Source: Deltaproteobacteria bacterium (GTDB taxonomy: Bacteria; Myxococcota_A; Polyangia; Fen-1088). Taken from it: DNA of 64,000 nt. The DNA is taken from assembly GCA_033763315.1 (NCBI GenBank), contig JANRKS010000040.1:32001-96000 (forward strand), written 5' to 3'. Position 1 is the stretch's first letter, and every line of letters starts with the position of its first letter. Positions 30,772 to 40,745 of the stretch are shown one piece after another. Below the pieces are notes generated by a model. It ran no database searches and was not told the DNA's origin. It was given only the letters and a program-made list of their open reading frames with translations. The position numbers and the translations under genes are program-made.

Positions 30772-32532
30772 TTAAGGTGCGCGCAGAGGAAACAAAATCT
30801 GCTGCGACCATTCCTTCGCTTGTTTCTCCGGCAAAAACGCCAAACCTGTGATCGGCACAAGCGTATAAGCAGAGAACTTGTAATGGGCTTTCGGTAACAC
30901 ACGCGCCTTTGCGACATCCTCAAAGGGCAGTCCAGGCTCCTTTCCGGGGCGAAGCGCGCCCATCACCAAGGGGCCATGGCGAAAGCCACGCACGCCAGGC
31001 AAACGCGAAGCATTGATGGATTCCACCGCTCGCAGCGTGATGGGGAACTTGATATCGATGGTTTGCCCCGCCGCCAGTGGCTGAGGCAACCGCAGCCATC
31101 CGTTTTCCAGGGTGTGAGCCACAATGGCGCCTTTCAATTTCACAACCACGCGGCTGGCGTCGACCCACGAAGGCATGAACACTTGCAGGCGTGCCCCGGC
31201 GGGCGCCTGATGAACACGCACTTGCGCTTGGCCTGTGATGGGGAAGGCCGTGTTGACTGAGAACGCCAGCGCGCCGGCGGGCAGTTCCAGTTTTGCTGAA
31301 AAGCTTTGCAGCGTCGTCAAAGCCACGTCGTTGCCTTTGGTGGCCACCTGCCACACAGACGCCTTGGCCATCCCTTCACCGCCACGCATGGAACAGCAAG
31401 CGAAGGCCTCAAAAATGTCTTTGTATGGGGCCAAGTAGGGGCTGCCATTCGATCCTGGGCACGTGTCGCAGCCGAAACCGCCATTGGGCCGCTGGTTAAA
31501 GCCAATGCCGTTGAAGTAGATGTTCTGCGCGTCTTCCAGGTAGGCAACGTTCTCGGTGGCTTGCCACAGCAGCATCGCAACATCGAAGGAATCGATAATG
31601 GCGCAGCCTTCGGTCCAACGAGGCTTTCCAAACCAGTTGTCGTTGGCAAAGTGATCGGTCATCGCGTGTTGTTTGTAGGTGGTAAACACCTTCTCCGCGA
31701 TGGCCACGAGAGCGTTTCGTTTTGAGAGGCGCGCAAACCTCAAGATAGCGCGCGCCGCCGACAAAGACGCATGCGTCTGCGCACCCACAACTTGCAAATC
31801 GATCATGGCAAAACGTTTGATCATGATCTGGATCAACGACTCCAACGCGTCAGTAGGTGCAAGCTCATGCGCACTTGTGGCGCCGTCGAGCATGATGAAC
31901 GCGCAGCCGATGTCGCTCGACAAACGCCACCCATCAACAACGGCGCCCACGATCGTGCCATCTGCTTTTTCGGTTTGTGGCCGGTTCGCCGCTGAAATGG
32001 GATAACGCTCGTAAAAGCCGCGCGCGGGCAGCAAGAGGTTCTTGATAAGCGCGTCGATCATGCGGAGCGAGCGATCGTCGTGCTTGTACTTGTGGTACTC
32101 GATGAGCCCACGTAGCAGCCAACTGTGCCCCGCCAGCACTTGCTCGTCCATCACCCCGGCGGGCAACACAGGCCCCAGATACCCTCGCGCGTTCAGCCGC
32201 CCTGCGATGCCCAACAGCAACGCGTCGGCTTGGTGGCTTGGCAGCCCCATCGCCTGCGCCGTCAGAACTTGGCCCAAGAGGGCGCGGCCTTCACGATCGC
32301 CCGGCCATCCCTCGTTGCCTGCCAAAGCCACCTCGGGCGTGTACAGTTCAAGCCGGTTGTACGAAAGGCGCAAGCGCCGGCCAAGCTCGCCCTGGCTCGC
32401 AATGGCCCCGAAGGGCGCTTCCATGAACGAATCAGAGGTGGCTTGCGCCATCTGTGGCGCCGCGCACATGCAGCCTAAAATCAAAGTCACACACAACGAA
32501 TGCTTGGGCACAGCACCAGGGAGTAGCACCAC
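30772..32532 (-). CDS. GH127-like beta-L-arabinofuranosidase family protein
   Basis: Signal peptide; WTEGC and ACCS Zn/Cys motifs; NIYFN; FRHGPLVM C-terminal motif. Confidence 0.75.
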   Translation of the reverse strand: MVLLPGAVPKHSLCVTLILGCMCAAPQMAQATSDSFMEAPFGAIASQGELGRRLRLSYNRLELYTPEVALAGNEGWPGDREGRALLGQVLTAQAMGLPSHQADALLLGIAGRLNARGYLGPVLPAGVMDEQVLAGHSWLLRGLIEYHKYKHDDRSLRMIDALIKNLLLPARGFYERYPISAANRPQTEKADGTIVGAVVDGWRLSSDIGCAFIMLDGATSAHELAPTDALESLIQIMIKRFAMIDLQVVGAQTHASLSAARAILRFARLSKRNALVAIAEKVFTTYKQHAMTDHFANDNWFGKPRWTEGCAIIDSFDVAMLLWQATENVAYLEDAQNIYFNGIGFNQRPNGGFGCDTCPGSNGSPYLAPYKDIFEAFACCSMRGGEGMAKASVWQVATKGNDVALTTLQSFSAKLELPAGALAFSVNTAFPITGQAQVRVHQAPAGARLQVFMPSWVDASRVVVKLKGAIVAHTLENGWLRLPQPLAAGQTIDIKFPITLRAVESINASRLPGVRGFRHGPLVMGALRPGKEPGLPFEDVAKARVLPKAHYKFSAYTLVPITGLAFLPEKQAKEWSQQILFPLRAP

Positions 32533-32574
32533 GAGGCACGCATGAGAATAGTACTTTGGATCGATCGCTGCGCT

Positions 32575-33504
32575 TTAACGAGGCTTGTACTTACCGTAGC
32601 CCGCCATCAATGCAGGGATCTCTCGCAAGAGCTCACGCGGCAAATAACCGAGCGGCGCAAGCTTGCGCGCCAACACATCACCGGCGCGAGCGTGCAAGTG
32701 CACGCCCCACACGGCGGCTTGAAACGCGGAGGCACCGCGCGCGATCAAGCCACCAATCAACCCGGCCAACGTATCGCCCGAGCCTGACGTCGCCAAACCA
32801 GAGTTGCCTGCAACATTGCGATAAGTTGTGGTGCCATCACTGATCAACGTCTCGACGCCCTTGAGGATGGTGATCGCGTTAAGTTCCTTCGCCACCGCTT
32901 GCACCGTGGCGAGGGCGTTTCCCTTGATGGCGTCTTTGTCTTGGCCAAGCAACTTCGCCATTTCACCTGCGTGCGGCGTAACCACGAGCTGGCAGCGCAA
33001 CTTGCCCACCCGTTGGCGGTGATCGCCAAGCACGGTGAGCGCACCTGCGTCCAACACCACCGCGTGCTCGGGTGTTAACGCTTTGAGAATTGATAACACC
33101 AAAGGCGCCAACGCGCGGTTCTCGATCATGCCTGGGCCCAACACGATGGCGTGCGATGAAAGGCACAGGGGCACAACTTTGCTTTCACAGCGTCCCACGA
33201 AGCCGCCATCGCGCGCCTCGGGAACGGCCTGCACGAATGCCTCGGGAATGGCCACCGCAATGGGCGTGGCGACGCCAGCGGTTGTGATGATACGCAGTTT
33301 CCCAGCGCCAGCGCGCAACGCCGCTGTCGCAGCCAAGATCACCGCGCCCGGCAGTTGCCGCGCGCCCCCCACAATCAGCACGCGCCCTCGCCCCTCCTTG
33401 TCGCCGTCCGAAGGTGGCGCCGGAATGGGCCAACGCCGCAACAGACGCGCGTCTACAAGGGCAACTTTGGGCTTGCTGATTTGTTTATTTGGGGAGCGGC
33501 GCAT
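32575..33504 (-). CDS. nnrD: ADP-dependent NAD(P)H-hydrate dehydratase
   Basis: DKEGRGRVLIVGG, LRAGAGK, GPG, VLDAGAL, VTPHAGEM, LKG, LATSGSGDTLAG. Confidence 0.92.
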   Translation of the reverse strand: MRRSPNKQISKPKVALVDARLLRRWPIPAPPSDGDKEGRGRVLIVGGARQLPGAVILAATAALRAGAGKLRIITTAGVATPIAVAIPEAFVQAVPEARDGGFVGRCESKVVPLCLSSHAIVLGPGMIENRALAPLVLSILKALTPEHAVVLDAGALTVLGDHRQRVGKLRCQLVVTPHAGEMAKLLGQDKDAIKGNALATVQAVAKELNAITILKGVETLISDGTTTYRNVAGNSGLATSGSGDTLAGLIGGLIARGASAFQAAVWGVHLHARAGDVLARKLAPLGYLPRELLREIPALMAGYGKYKPR

Positions 33505-34261
33505 CGGGTGCACTCGTGACAGTTTCGCCCGCTTCCTCCATCGGAGCGACGAAGTTGAAATGTTGGAGCTGCCAGCGGAAGTTTGTGCCGGAATCGGCGG
33601 CCGGCACATAAGAGGTCAACGAACAGTTCGCCACGTCGTGCGCGCGATCAATGTCGAGCACTTGTTGTTCTGACAAGCGTTCAATGATGCAGCGGTAGCA
33701 CAACGTCACCACTGAATGGCAAACCAAAAGCACGCGCTCGTTCTCATGCTCTTGTTGCAGCGTTGACCATAGGTGGCGCAGGCGAAGCAGAATGTCGCAC
33801 CAGCTTTCACCGCCGGGCGGCCGATAGTAGAACTTTCCGATGGCCTGCCGGAGCGCCGCCTGATCGGGCATCAACGCCGCAATGCCAGCCTTGGTCATGC
33901 GGTTAAGCACACCGAATTCCTTTTCTCGCAGCCGCTCGTCCACCAATAGCGGCACGCCGCTTAAGCCCGCGTGCTGGATCACGATTTGAGCTGTGGTGTG
34001 GGCGCGGACGTAAGGCGAAGAGATCACAAGCGTTGGCTGCTCTTGTGTGGGCTGCGCGGCGAACCACCGGCCCAAGGCCGCAGCTTGTCGCTCGCCACGT
34101 GGCGAAAGAGGAACATCGGCATCTCGATGCGCCAGTTCAATCCAATGCCGGCCCTCGGCTTCCGCAGCCATCAGCGCGACGTTGCCCGCACTTTCCCCGT
34201 GCCGAGCGATCCATAACCTTTGTGGTCCCCGCCTCACCACAGATGCCATAGCATGAGCCAT
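33485..34261 (-). CDS. Histidine phosphatase (phosphoglycerate mutase family)
   Basis: RHGES, SSPYVRA, LREKEFG, PGGES, VCH. Confidence 0.92.
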   Translation of the reverse strand: MAHAMASVVRRGPQRLWIARHGESAGNVALMAAEAEGRHWIELAHRDADVPLSPRGERQAAALGRWFAAQPTQEQPTLVISSPYVRAHTTAQIVIQHAGLSGVPLLVDERLREKEFGVLNRMTKAGIAALMPDQAALRQAIGKFYYRPPGGESWCDILLRLRHLWSTLQQEHENERVLLVCHSVVTLCYRCIIERLSEQQVLDIDRAHDVANCSLTSYVPAADSGTNFRWQLQHFNFVAPMEEAGETVTSAPDAPLPK

Positions 34262-34282
34262 GGCTGCCTTCGACGGATGCCG

Positions 34283-36274
34283 TTAACGAGGTTTCACGCT
34301 GGCCACGAACGCCAGCAGATCGGCAGCCGACATCGGCTTAAGCAGAACCCCGTCCACCTGCTGCGCCTCCTCGGGCGACAGATCCTGGCCCGTGAAGAAC
34401 ACAATGCGCGCGCGTGGCAGAAGTCGGCGCAGATCGCCCACGATTTTATCGGCTGGGCCACCGGGCATAGAGCGATCCAAGAGCACAAGTTGTGCGTCGG
34501 GGTGGCTGCGTGCCAGCAGCAAAGCTTCGCTAAGGCCGGGCGCGCGGTGGGCGTCCATTCCGCTCTTCCGCAACACAGCCAGCGTGGCCTCCGCTACGGT
34601 CTCTTCATCTTCCACTATCAAGACCACGCGTTTGGGAGGAACCGCCAACGAAGGCGGCGGCGCGACGGCCGGCTCGGCAGCCATGGCGGTGGCTTCTGGC
34701 AAATACAGCACCACTTGCGTACCGCGGCCGATGTCCGAATGGCAAAAAACGCATCCCCCGGCCTGCGTGACCACCGCGTACACCATCGCTAACCCAAGAC
34801 CCGTGCCACGGCCCACATCCTTCGTAGTGAAGAACGGTTCAAACACGCGGGTGCGAACTTCATCTGTCATCCCCGTGCCCGTGTCCGCGATCTCAATTCT
34901 CGCGTAGCTGCCCTCAGGCAAGCATGATCGCTGGCCATCAGATGGTTGGCCGACGAACCGGCTGATCGAAACCTTCACCGTTTTGTCAGGCCGAGGGGAC
35001 GCCAGAACCGCGTCGCGCGCGTTGAGCAAGACGTTGATGAGCGCCTGTTCGAGATCGGAAGGCCCGAGGAACACACACACGTTGTCCTGGTCGTTGACCT
35101 CCAAAACAATGTTCTTCTCAAACAGCGTTTGGCACATGGCAAGCGATCGATAAACGACTTCGGAAGTGGGCGTGAGCCGCGCGGGAACTGTTCGTTTGCC
35201 CGCAAACGTCATGAGTTGCCGGACCATTTCCGTGGCGCGCGACGCCGCTTCCTTGGCACCCTCGGCGATGCTCGACAGCGAGGCAGGCAACGCGGGCGCC
35301 ATTAGATCTAAAGCCGGGACGATCGCCGCCAACATGTTGTTGAAGTTGTGCGCAATGCCGGCGGTGAGTTGCCCCACAGCCTCCATGCGTTGCGCGTGCC
35401 GCGCGCGCAACTCCATGTCGTGTTGCTCAGTAACGTCTTGCGTGCCGCCGATCAAGTTTGTGGGGCGACCTTCATCATCGCAGATCACCTCCCGAACCGT
35501 GGCCACCCACCGCACGCTGCCATCGGGCCGCACGATACGGTGAGGCGCGGTGTGGAAGCGCCCGGCCACCAGAGGCTTGCTCATTTCCCTTTGCAAGATC
35601 GCGCGGTCGTCCGGGTGAACGAGCGCGTTCATGTATTGCGTCGCTGTTAACGGCTGGTCGCAGCCGAAGATGTGAAACGCATTTTCGTTCCACGTGACCT
35701 GGTTGGTTTCCAGATCTTGCACCCATAGGCCCATGCCGGTGGACGACAAGGCCAACTGCAACATTGACTCGCTTCGACGCAGAGCTTGCATCTGCGCGCG
35801 CTGTGCTGTGACATCAATGGCCACCAGCATGAAGCCCAAAGACCCGTCACGATCACGCACGGGCGCCACATAACTTTCGTAGTGGGCGGCGTTCCCGTTC
35901 GCGCCCGCACCCTCTATCTCATAATGCTGCGCTTGCCCGGTCTGCCAGGCCCGCTCGATCGCAGCTTGCGCCACAGCTCTGTGTTCTTGGGGCACATAAT
36001 CAAAAAAATGCGTCCCTATGACCTGTTCTCGATCAAAGCCGGGCTGTAGCCGACTGATGGCTTTGATGCGGTAGTCATGACCATACCGAACCATGAACGC
36101 CGGAACAGCGGCGAACACGCCTCTTAACATCTCCTCGGCTTCAAGCCCGGCGTGAACTTTTTCTTCCAGCGCAGCTATGCGCGCGCGCAGGGCCTCCAGT
36201 TCCTGCTCGTGGGTAAGCTGGCCTGAGGAGCGGGCCGCAACCGGCGGGGCAGACGAGTCACGAGGATCCGACAC
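34283..36274 (-). CDS. PAS-PAS hybrid histidine kinase/response regulator
   Basis: Two PAS domains (VHPDD, DGSVRW), AHNFNNML, NVLLNARDA, DTGTG, FFTTK..GRGTGLGL, receiver VLIVED...LLDRSMP. Confidence 0.93.
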   Translation of the reverse strand: MSDPRDSSAPPVAARSSGQLTHEQELEALRARIAALEEKVHAGLEAEEMLRGVFAAVPAFMVRYGHDYRIKAISRLQPGFDREQVIGTHFFDYVPQEHRAVAQAAIERAWQTGQAQHYEIEGAGANGNAAHYESYVAPVRDRDGSLGFMLVAIDVTAQRAQMQALRRSESMLQLALSSTGMGLWVQDLETNQVTWNENAFHIFGCDQPLTATQYMNALVHPDDRAILQREMSKPLVAGRFHTAPHRIVRPDGSVRWVATVREVICDDEGRPTNLIGGTQDVTEQHDMELRARHAQRMEAVGQLTAGIAHNFNNMLAAIVPALDLMAPALPASLSSIAEGAKEAASRATEMVRQLMTFAGKRTVPARLTPTSEVVYRSLAMCQTLFEKNIVLEVNDQDNVCVFLGPSDLEQALINVLLNARDAVLASPRPDKTVKVSISRFVGQPSDGQRSCLPEGSYARIEIADTGTGMTDEVRTRVFEPFFTTKDVGRGTGLGLAMVYAVVTQAGGCVFCHSDIGRGTQVVLYLPEATAMAAEPAVAPPPSLAVPPKRVVLIVEDEETVAEATLAVLRKSGMDAHRAPGLSEALLLARSHPDAQLVLLDRSMPGGPADKIVGDLRRLLPRARIVFFTGQDLSPEEAQQVDGVLLKPMSAADLLAFVASVKPR

Positions 36275-36329
36275 TTTGTTACTATAAACCTACAGGGTGC
36301 CATTTCAGAAATCCGCTTGCGAGCGATGG

Positions 36330-36488
36330 TCACCTAGCGGCCCTGGTGAAGCCGGCGCACGGCACGGCGCAGCTCCGAAAGCCCGAGAACGTGTAGGCCA
36401 TGGGCCACCAGGCACCCAGTTCGCAGAACGTGTCGAACACCTGTTCAGGTGAGGCGTGAATAAGGATGTTTGTTTTGATTGGTTGCAT
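36330..36488 (-). pseudogene. Truncated SRPBCC/AHSA1-like gene
   Basis: MQPIKTNILIHASPEQVFDTFCELGAWWP is an SRPBCC N-terminus with an RBS, but the frame stops after about 52 aa. Confidence 0.6.
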
Positions 36489-36520
36489 GCTCCGTCCTTC
36501 GTTGGCTCTGAGCACGGCAA

Positions 36521-36537
36521 TGCAACAACGACGCCGA
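36521..36537 (-). promoter_or_regulatory. Putative sigma54 promoter of the truncated SRPBCC gene
   Basis: Minus strand TCGGCGTCGTTGTTGCA = GG-N10-GC, 33 bp before the ATG. Confidence 0.5.
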
Positions 36538-36611
36538 ACGCGACGAAACCCTCACAGGGGGCGAGACTTTTGCCAACAGGCATCGAACGGCGGTGTCACA
36601 ATGGTCCGCGT

Positions 36612-37409
36612 ATGGTGACAGATTCAAATTTCTCCCCGGACGAAGTGGGGCGCTGGCTGGATCAGCTCTACATCGCCAGCGCCGGCGCGACCCTGCGTGC
36701 CGAAGACAAGCGCAAAGCCATCGAGGTGGCAGCGTTGTTGAGCGAGATCGACCGGGCGCTTCGGGGCCTGAGCAAGGCGCGCGGCCTCACAGTGGTTGAT
36801 GCTGCGTCGGGAAAGGCTTATGTGGGCTTGTTGACAGCCAAGCTCGTGCTTGAGGCCATCGCGCGGCCGGCGAAGGTGGTGTGCATCGAGCGCAACCCGG
36901 CCCTGGTGGCGCGCACAGAAATGGCCGCGCAGACCTTGGCATCCACAGTGCCCATCACCTGCGAGTGTGCCGACCTATCGCAGGCGGGGGTGTGGCCAAA
37001 CGCACCCGCCCTCGTCGTCGCGCTTCACGCGTGCGGCCCCGCCAGCGACGTCATCATCGAACAAGCGGTGGCGTCGGCCACGCGCGTGTTGCTTTTGGTA
37101 CCGTGCTGTGTCGGCGCAGGCGTCGCGAAGGTGAAGGACGCCGAGGCCTTGGCGGAAGCGTTGGGTGTGCCACGCACCGCGCCCGTACGGCGTCGTTTCG
37201 TTCACGCGATCATCGAAGCGGATCGCGTGCTCACCCTTGAAGCCGCGGGCTATCAAACGGAGGCGGTTGAATTCGTGGCGCCCACGGTCACGCCCTACAA
37301 CACACTTCTGCGCGCAAGGCGCGTGGGCGAGCCTCACCGGGTCGCACAAGCCCATAAGGCTCGGCTGCGACTTTGGAGCCACAGCTCGCACGTTGTGACG
37401 CCATCATGA
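36612..37409 (+). CDS. SAM-dependent methyltransferase (Methyltransf_32-like)
   Basis: VVDAASGKAYVG, CIERN, ALHACG, VPCC, TPYN. Confidence 0.85.
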   Translation: MVTDSNFSPDEVGRWLDQLYIASAGATLRAEDKRKAIEVAALLSEIDRALRGLSKARGLTVVDAASGKAYVGLLTAKLVLEAIARPAKVVCIERNPALVARTEMAAQTLASTVPITCECADLSQAGVWPNAPALVVALHACGPASDVIIEQAVASATRVLLLVPCCVGAGVAKVKDAEALAEALGVPRTAPVRRRFVHAIIEADRVLTLEAAGYQTEAVEFVAPTVTPYNTLLRARRVGEPHRVAQAHKARLRLWSHSSHVVTPS

Positions 37410-38077
37410 GCCGGCGCGACAACCACGAAGCCCGCTGTGCCACGTGCCACATGCACAACACGTTGTGCGTCTGCAGCCTGACGCCCACGCTGGCCACACG
37501 CACGCGCTTGTCCCTTCTCCTTCACTACCGCGAAGCCCGCAAGCCCACCAACACCGGGCAACTAGCAGCCCGTTGTTTGAGCCACAGCAGCATAAGCATC
37601 GTGGGTGATCGTGATCGTCCGCTGGCGTTGCCACTTGTGCGCAGCGATGAACAACCTGTGCTGTTGTTCCCCTCCATGGATGCGGTCCCTTTATCAACGT
37701 TCGTGGATTCGAAGCGCCCGATCGTCCTCATCGTGCCGGATGGCAATTGGCGCCAGGCCGGCAAGATGCGGCAGCGGGTGCCAGGTTTGGCTGACGTGCC
37801 TTGCGCGGTGATTGGCGAGCATGCGGGCACGGCCTACAAGCTGCGCGCGGAGCCTCGGCAAGGCGGATTGGCCACAATGGAAGCGATCGCTTATGCGTTC
37901 GGCGTGCTGGAGGGTGCCAAGGGCCCGCATGTGCAGCAATCGTTGCTGGCGGTTTTTCGCATCATGGTTGAACGCACGTTGTGGCTTCGTGGGGCTTTGC
38001 CGGCCGCTCATGTGACCGGAGGTATCCCGGTGGCAGCGCAACGAAACGATCCCCGTGGCGGAGCGCCATCAACTTAG
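37406..38077 (+). CDS. DTW-domain tRNA-uridine aminocarboxypropyltransferase (TapT-like)
   Basis: CxxC..CVC, E..KPTNTG, LLFP, VPDGNWRQA (DXTW variant), LATMEA; ATGA overlap with the upstream gene. Confidence 0.88.
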   Translation: MSRRDNHEARCATCHMHNTLCVCSLTPTLATRTRLSLLLHYREARKPTNTGQLAARCLSHSSISIVGDRDRPLALPLVRSDEQPVLLFPSMDAVPLSTFVDSKRPIVLIVPDGNWRQAGKMRQRVPGLADVPCAVIGEHAGTAYKLRAEPRQGGLATMEAIAYAFGVLEGAKGPHVQQSLLAVFRIMVERTLWLRGALPAAHVTGGIPVAAQRNDPRGGAPST

Positions 38078-38162
38078 GCGCCGCGGGGGCCCAGGACGCG
38101 CCTGCACGAACTCAGCAAGTTCGGCTAGGCGGCGTTGGCCGTCACACCTTACGCTCTGAGGT

Positions 38163-39053
38163 GTGAACGACGACATCCGCGCGCAAGCAAACTATTACGA
38201 CCGGTTTCGACGGGTGCTTGTGTACATTGATAACCACCTGCAAGAAGCGGTGGACCTCGAAGAGCTCAGCCACGTGGCGGCCTTTTCGAAGTTTCATTTT
38301 CATCGGCAGTGGAGCCAGATGTTTGGCATCACCGTCGCGAAATACATCCAGCTGCGCCGGCTTAAGCGCGCGGCGTTTCAGTTAGCGTTTCGGTCGGCGG
38401 AGCCCGTGCTGCACATCGCCTTTGACAGCGGGTTCGAAGGTCCCGAGGCGTTCGCGCGTGCGTTTAAACGCAACTTCGGACAAACGCCTTCTGAGTTCAG
38501 GGCCGAACCAGAATGGCAAAAGTGGCAACAGGTATACGCAACATCAAATCAGCTGAGGGAGGCACACATGAGCACGCAATGGCAGATCCACGATGTGAAG
38601 ATCATAAACTTCTCCGAAACGCCTGTGGCGGCACTCACGCACACGGGCGATCCGCAGCTCATTGGCGATTCGATTCGGCGCTTCATTGAGTGGCGCAAGC
38701 AGAACCGTTTGCCCCCACGCATAAGCGCCACGTTCAACCTTGTGTACGACGATCCCGATGACGTGGACCCAACACAGCACCGGATGGATCTTTGCGCGGC
38801 CACAAACCAACCGGTTTTGCCTAACGAGTTTGGCGTCGTCGCCAAAACGATTCCCGCCGGGCGTTGCGCTGTCCTTCGCCACGTGGGATCAGATGACACC
38901 TTGAGAAACACCGTGGGATTCCTTTACCGCCAGTGGCTGCCGCAAAGCGGGCACGAGTGCCGCGACTTCCCGCTCTTCTTTCAACGTGTGTCGTTCTTCC
39001 CCGATGTGCCCGAGCACGAGGCCATCACCGACGTGTTCTTGCCGCTGCGTTAG
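38163..39053 (+). CDS. AraC family regulator with GyrI-like effector domain
   Basis: VAAFSKFHFHR, AFARAFKRNFGQTPSEFR; C-terminal IPAGRCAVLRH...WLPQSG. Confidence 0.93.
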   Translation: MNDDIRAQANYYDRFRRVLVYIDNHLQEAVDLEELSHVAAFSKFHFHRQWSQMFGITVAKYIQLRRLKRAAFQLAFRSAEPVLHIAFDSGFEGPEAFARAFKRNFGQTPSEFRAEPEWQKWQQVYATSNQLREAHMSTQWQIHDVKIINFSETPVAALTHTGDPQLIGDSIRRFIEWRKQNRLPPRISATFNLVYDDPDDVDPTQHRMDLCAATNQPVLPNEFGVVAKTIPAGRCAVLRHVGSDDTLRNTVGFLYRQWLPQSGHECRDFPLFFQRVSFFPDVPEHEAITDVFLPLR

Positions 39054-39265
39054 TGGCAGTTGCGGCAGAAAAACAACACACCTGTGTCGCTTTCTTGAGC
39101 CGCGGGGCCGTGATGTGCGTCTCCGGCACATCGATCGGGTTGTGCGCCTTGGCCGCGCCATTTTAGACGAAGCGCCTCAGAAACCTGAGGTTCCAGATGG
39201 CGTGGGGGGGCGCCCAACAAGACCGAAAACCGTTGAATAACAAGCACATACAGTCAACGGCGGCG

Positions 39266-39282
39266 TTGGAATGGCCCTTGCT
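39266..39282 (+). promoter_or_regulatory. Putative sigma54 promoter of the Kazal lipoprotein gene
   Basis: TTGGAATGGCCCTTGCT = GG-N10-GC, followed by a GGAGAGG RBS and ATG 39304. Confidence 0.6.
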
Positions 39283-39303
39283 GAGCAACATGGAGAGGTT
39301 CAC

Positions 39304-40668
39304 ATGCAGTACTTAACTCGATCCCAAGTTCAATTCGCTTTTTGTCTTGTCGCCCTTGCAGCCTGCGGTGGCAACGGCTCCCCCACAGACGAACCCTGCG
39401 ATTCTTCGCTGCAAAACTGTGGTGGAGGGGGCGCCGGTGGAGACGGCGGCGCCTCGGGCGGCTTTCCTATCAAAGGGGGAGCGGGCGGCTCACGTGGCAG
39501 CTTCGGTGGGGCGGGCGGGGGCGTGGCATGCAGCGACTCTTCTCAATGTGGCAAGAGCCAGTTTTGTGATCTTAACCTCAATTCGTGTGGCTTGATCGCG
39601 TTCCTGGTGGCGCCAGCAGAGGACAGGGCCGATCCCCCTCTTGGGGGCTCCACAGGCGTGGCAGCACCGCTTCCGCCCGGGTTCTGCGTGAGCCGGCCCG
39701 ACGCATGCGATTTGAACTTCGCACCCGTGTGTGGCTGCGATGGCAAAACTTACGGCAACGATTGTGAGCGCCAACGCGCCGGCGTCTCGAAAGCTTCTGA
39801 AGGCAAATGTGATGCGCAAGTGATCGTCGTTGGGCCCGGCGGCACATGCGGCACCTTCGACGGCCGCAACACCTTGGTGTGCGATAAAGGTCTATTCTGC
39901 GAAGCGCCCGCGAACCAATGCTCCGCACCTGGCGGCCGAGGCACGTGCCAAGCAGCGCCACAGGTGTGCACAGCGATCAGCGCACCCGTGTGTGGTTGCG
40001 ATGGCAAAACGTATGGCAACGACTGTGGCCGTCGCGCCGCTCGGCAGTCGTTGGCACATACCGGCGCGTGTTCGCCAACCACCGCGCGTCTGGGCGAAGC
40101 TTGTGGACCAGCGCTTGGCATCACGTGTGAACGAAGCCTGGTGTGTGATCCGCAACCAAACCAGTGCAACAACGGCAAGTTCGTGGGCACGTGCACCGCA
40201 CAGAACTTGATGTGCACCAAAGAATTTGTACCCGTGTGTGGATGCGACGGCCGCACGTACGGCAACGAGTGCTTGCGTCTGTCGGCAGGCGTGACCAAGA
40301 ACCACGATGGCGAATGCAAAGGCGCCACGCGCTTTGTGGAAAGCGGCATTTGGGGTGGCCCGCACATTGAGCTTGCGGCCAAGGATCCGAAGAGCGGCGG
40401 CTCCTTAACGTTTGACTGCGGCCGCGCTGACATCGTCTCGCCGCTTGAAGTTGATGGCAACGGCAACTTCATGTGGAAGGCGCGCTACATCTTGACCGGT
40501 GGCCCCACCCAGGCAGCGCCCCCCGCCCCCCTGGCGAGAGACGCGATCATCACGGGAGCCGTGGGCGGAAAACAAATGAAGCTGAGCATTCAGATCGCTG
40601 GCTCGATGGACCAACCATCCTTCGCACTCACCTTCGGCGTTAACGGCAGCTTCAACTTCTGCCTCTAA
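39304..40668 (+). CDS. Lipoprotein with three Kazal-type protease-inhibitor domains
   Basis: LAAC lipobox; PVCGCDGKTYGNDC-type units at about 39721, 39982 and 40228; C-terminal GIWGGPHIEL...LTFDCG domain. Confidence 0.88.
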   Translation: MQYLTRSQVQFAFCLVALAACGGNGSPTDEPCDSSLQNCGGGGAGGDGGASGGFPIKGGAGGSRGSFGGAGGGVACSDSSQCGKSQFCDLNLNSCGLIAFLVAPAEDRADPPLGGSTGVAAPLPPGFCVSRPDACDLNFAPVCGCDGKTYGNDCERQRAGVSKASEGKCDAQVIVVGPGGTCGTFDGRNTLVCDKGLFCEAPANQCSAPGGRGTCQAAPQVCTAISAPVCGCDGKTYGNDCGRRAARQSLAHTGACSPTTARLGEACGPALGITCERSLVCDPQPNQCNNGKFVGTCTAQNLMCTKEFVPVCGCDGRTYGNECLRLSAGVTKNHDGECKGATRFVESGIWGGPHIELAAKDPKSGGSLTFDCGRADIVSPLEVDGNGNFMWKARYILTGGPTQAAPPAPLARDAIITGAVGGKQMKLSIQIAGSMDQPSFALTFGVNGSFNFCL

Positions 40669-40684
40669 GACGCTTCAATGGCGC

Positions 40685-40729
40685 AAACACCCACCGGGGG
40701 CACAACACTGTGTTCCTGCGTGGGTGTTT
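40685..40729. terminator. Hairpin between convergent genes (probable bidirectional terminator)
   Basis: AAACACCCAC...GTGGGTGTTT inverted repeat. Confidence 0.55.
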
Positions 40730-40745
40730 ATCTTTGGAGCCGCGG

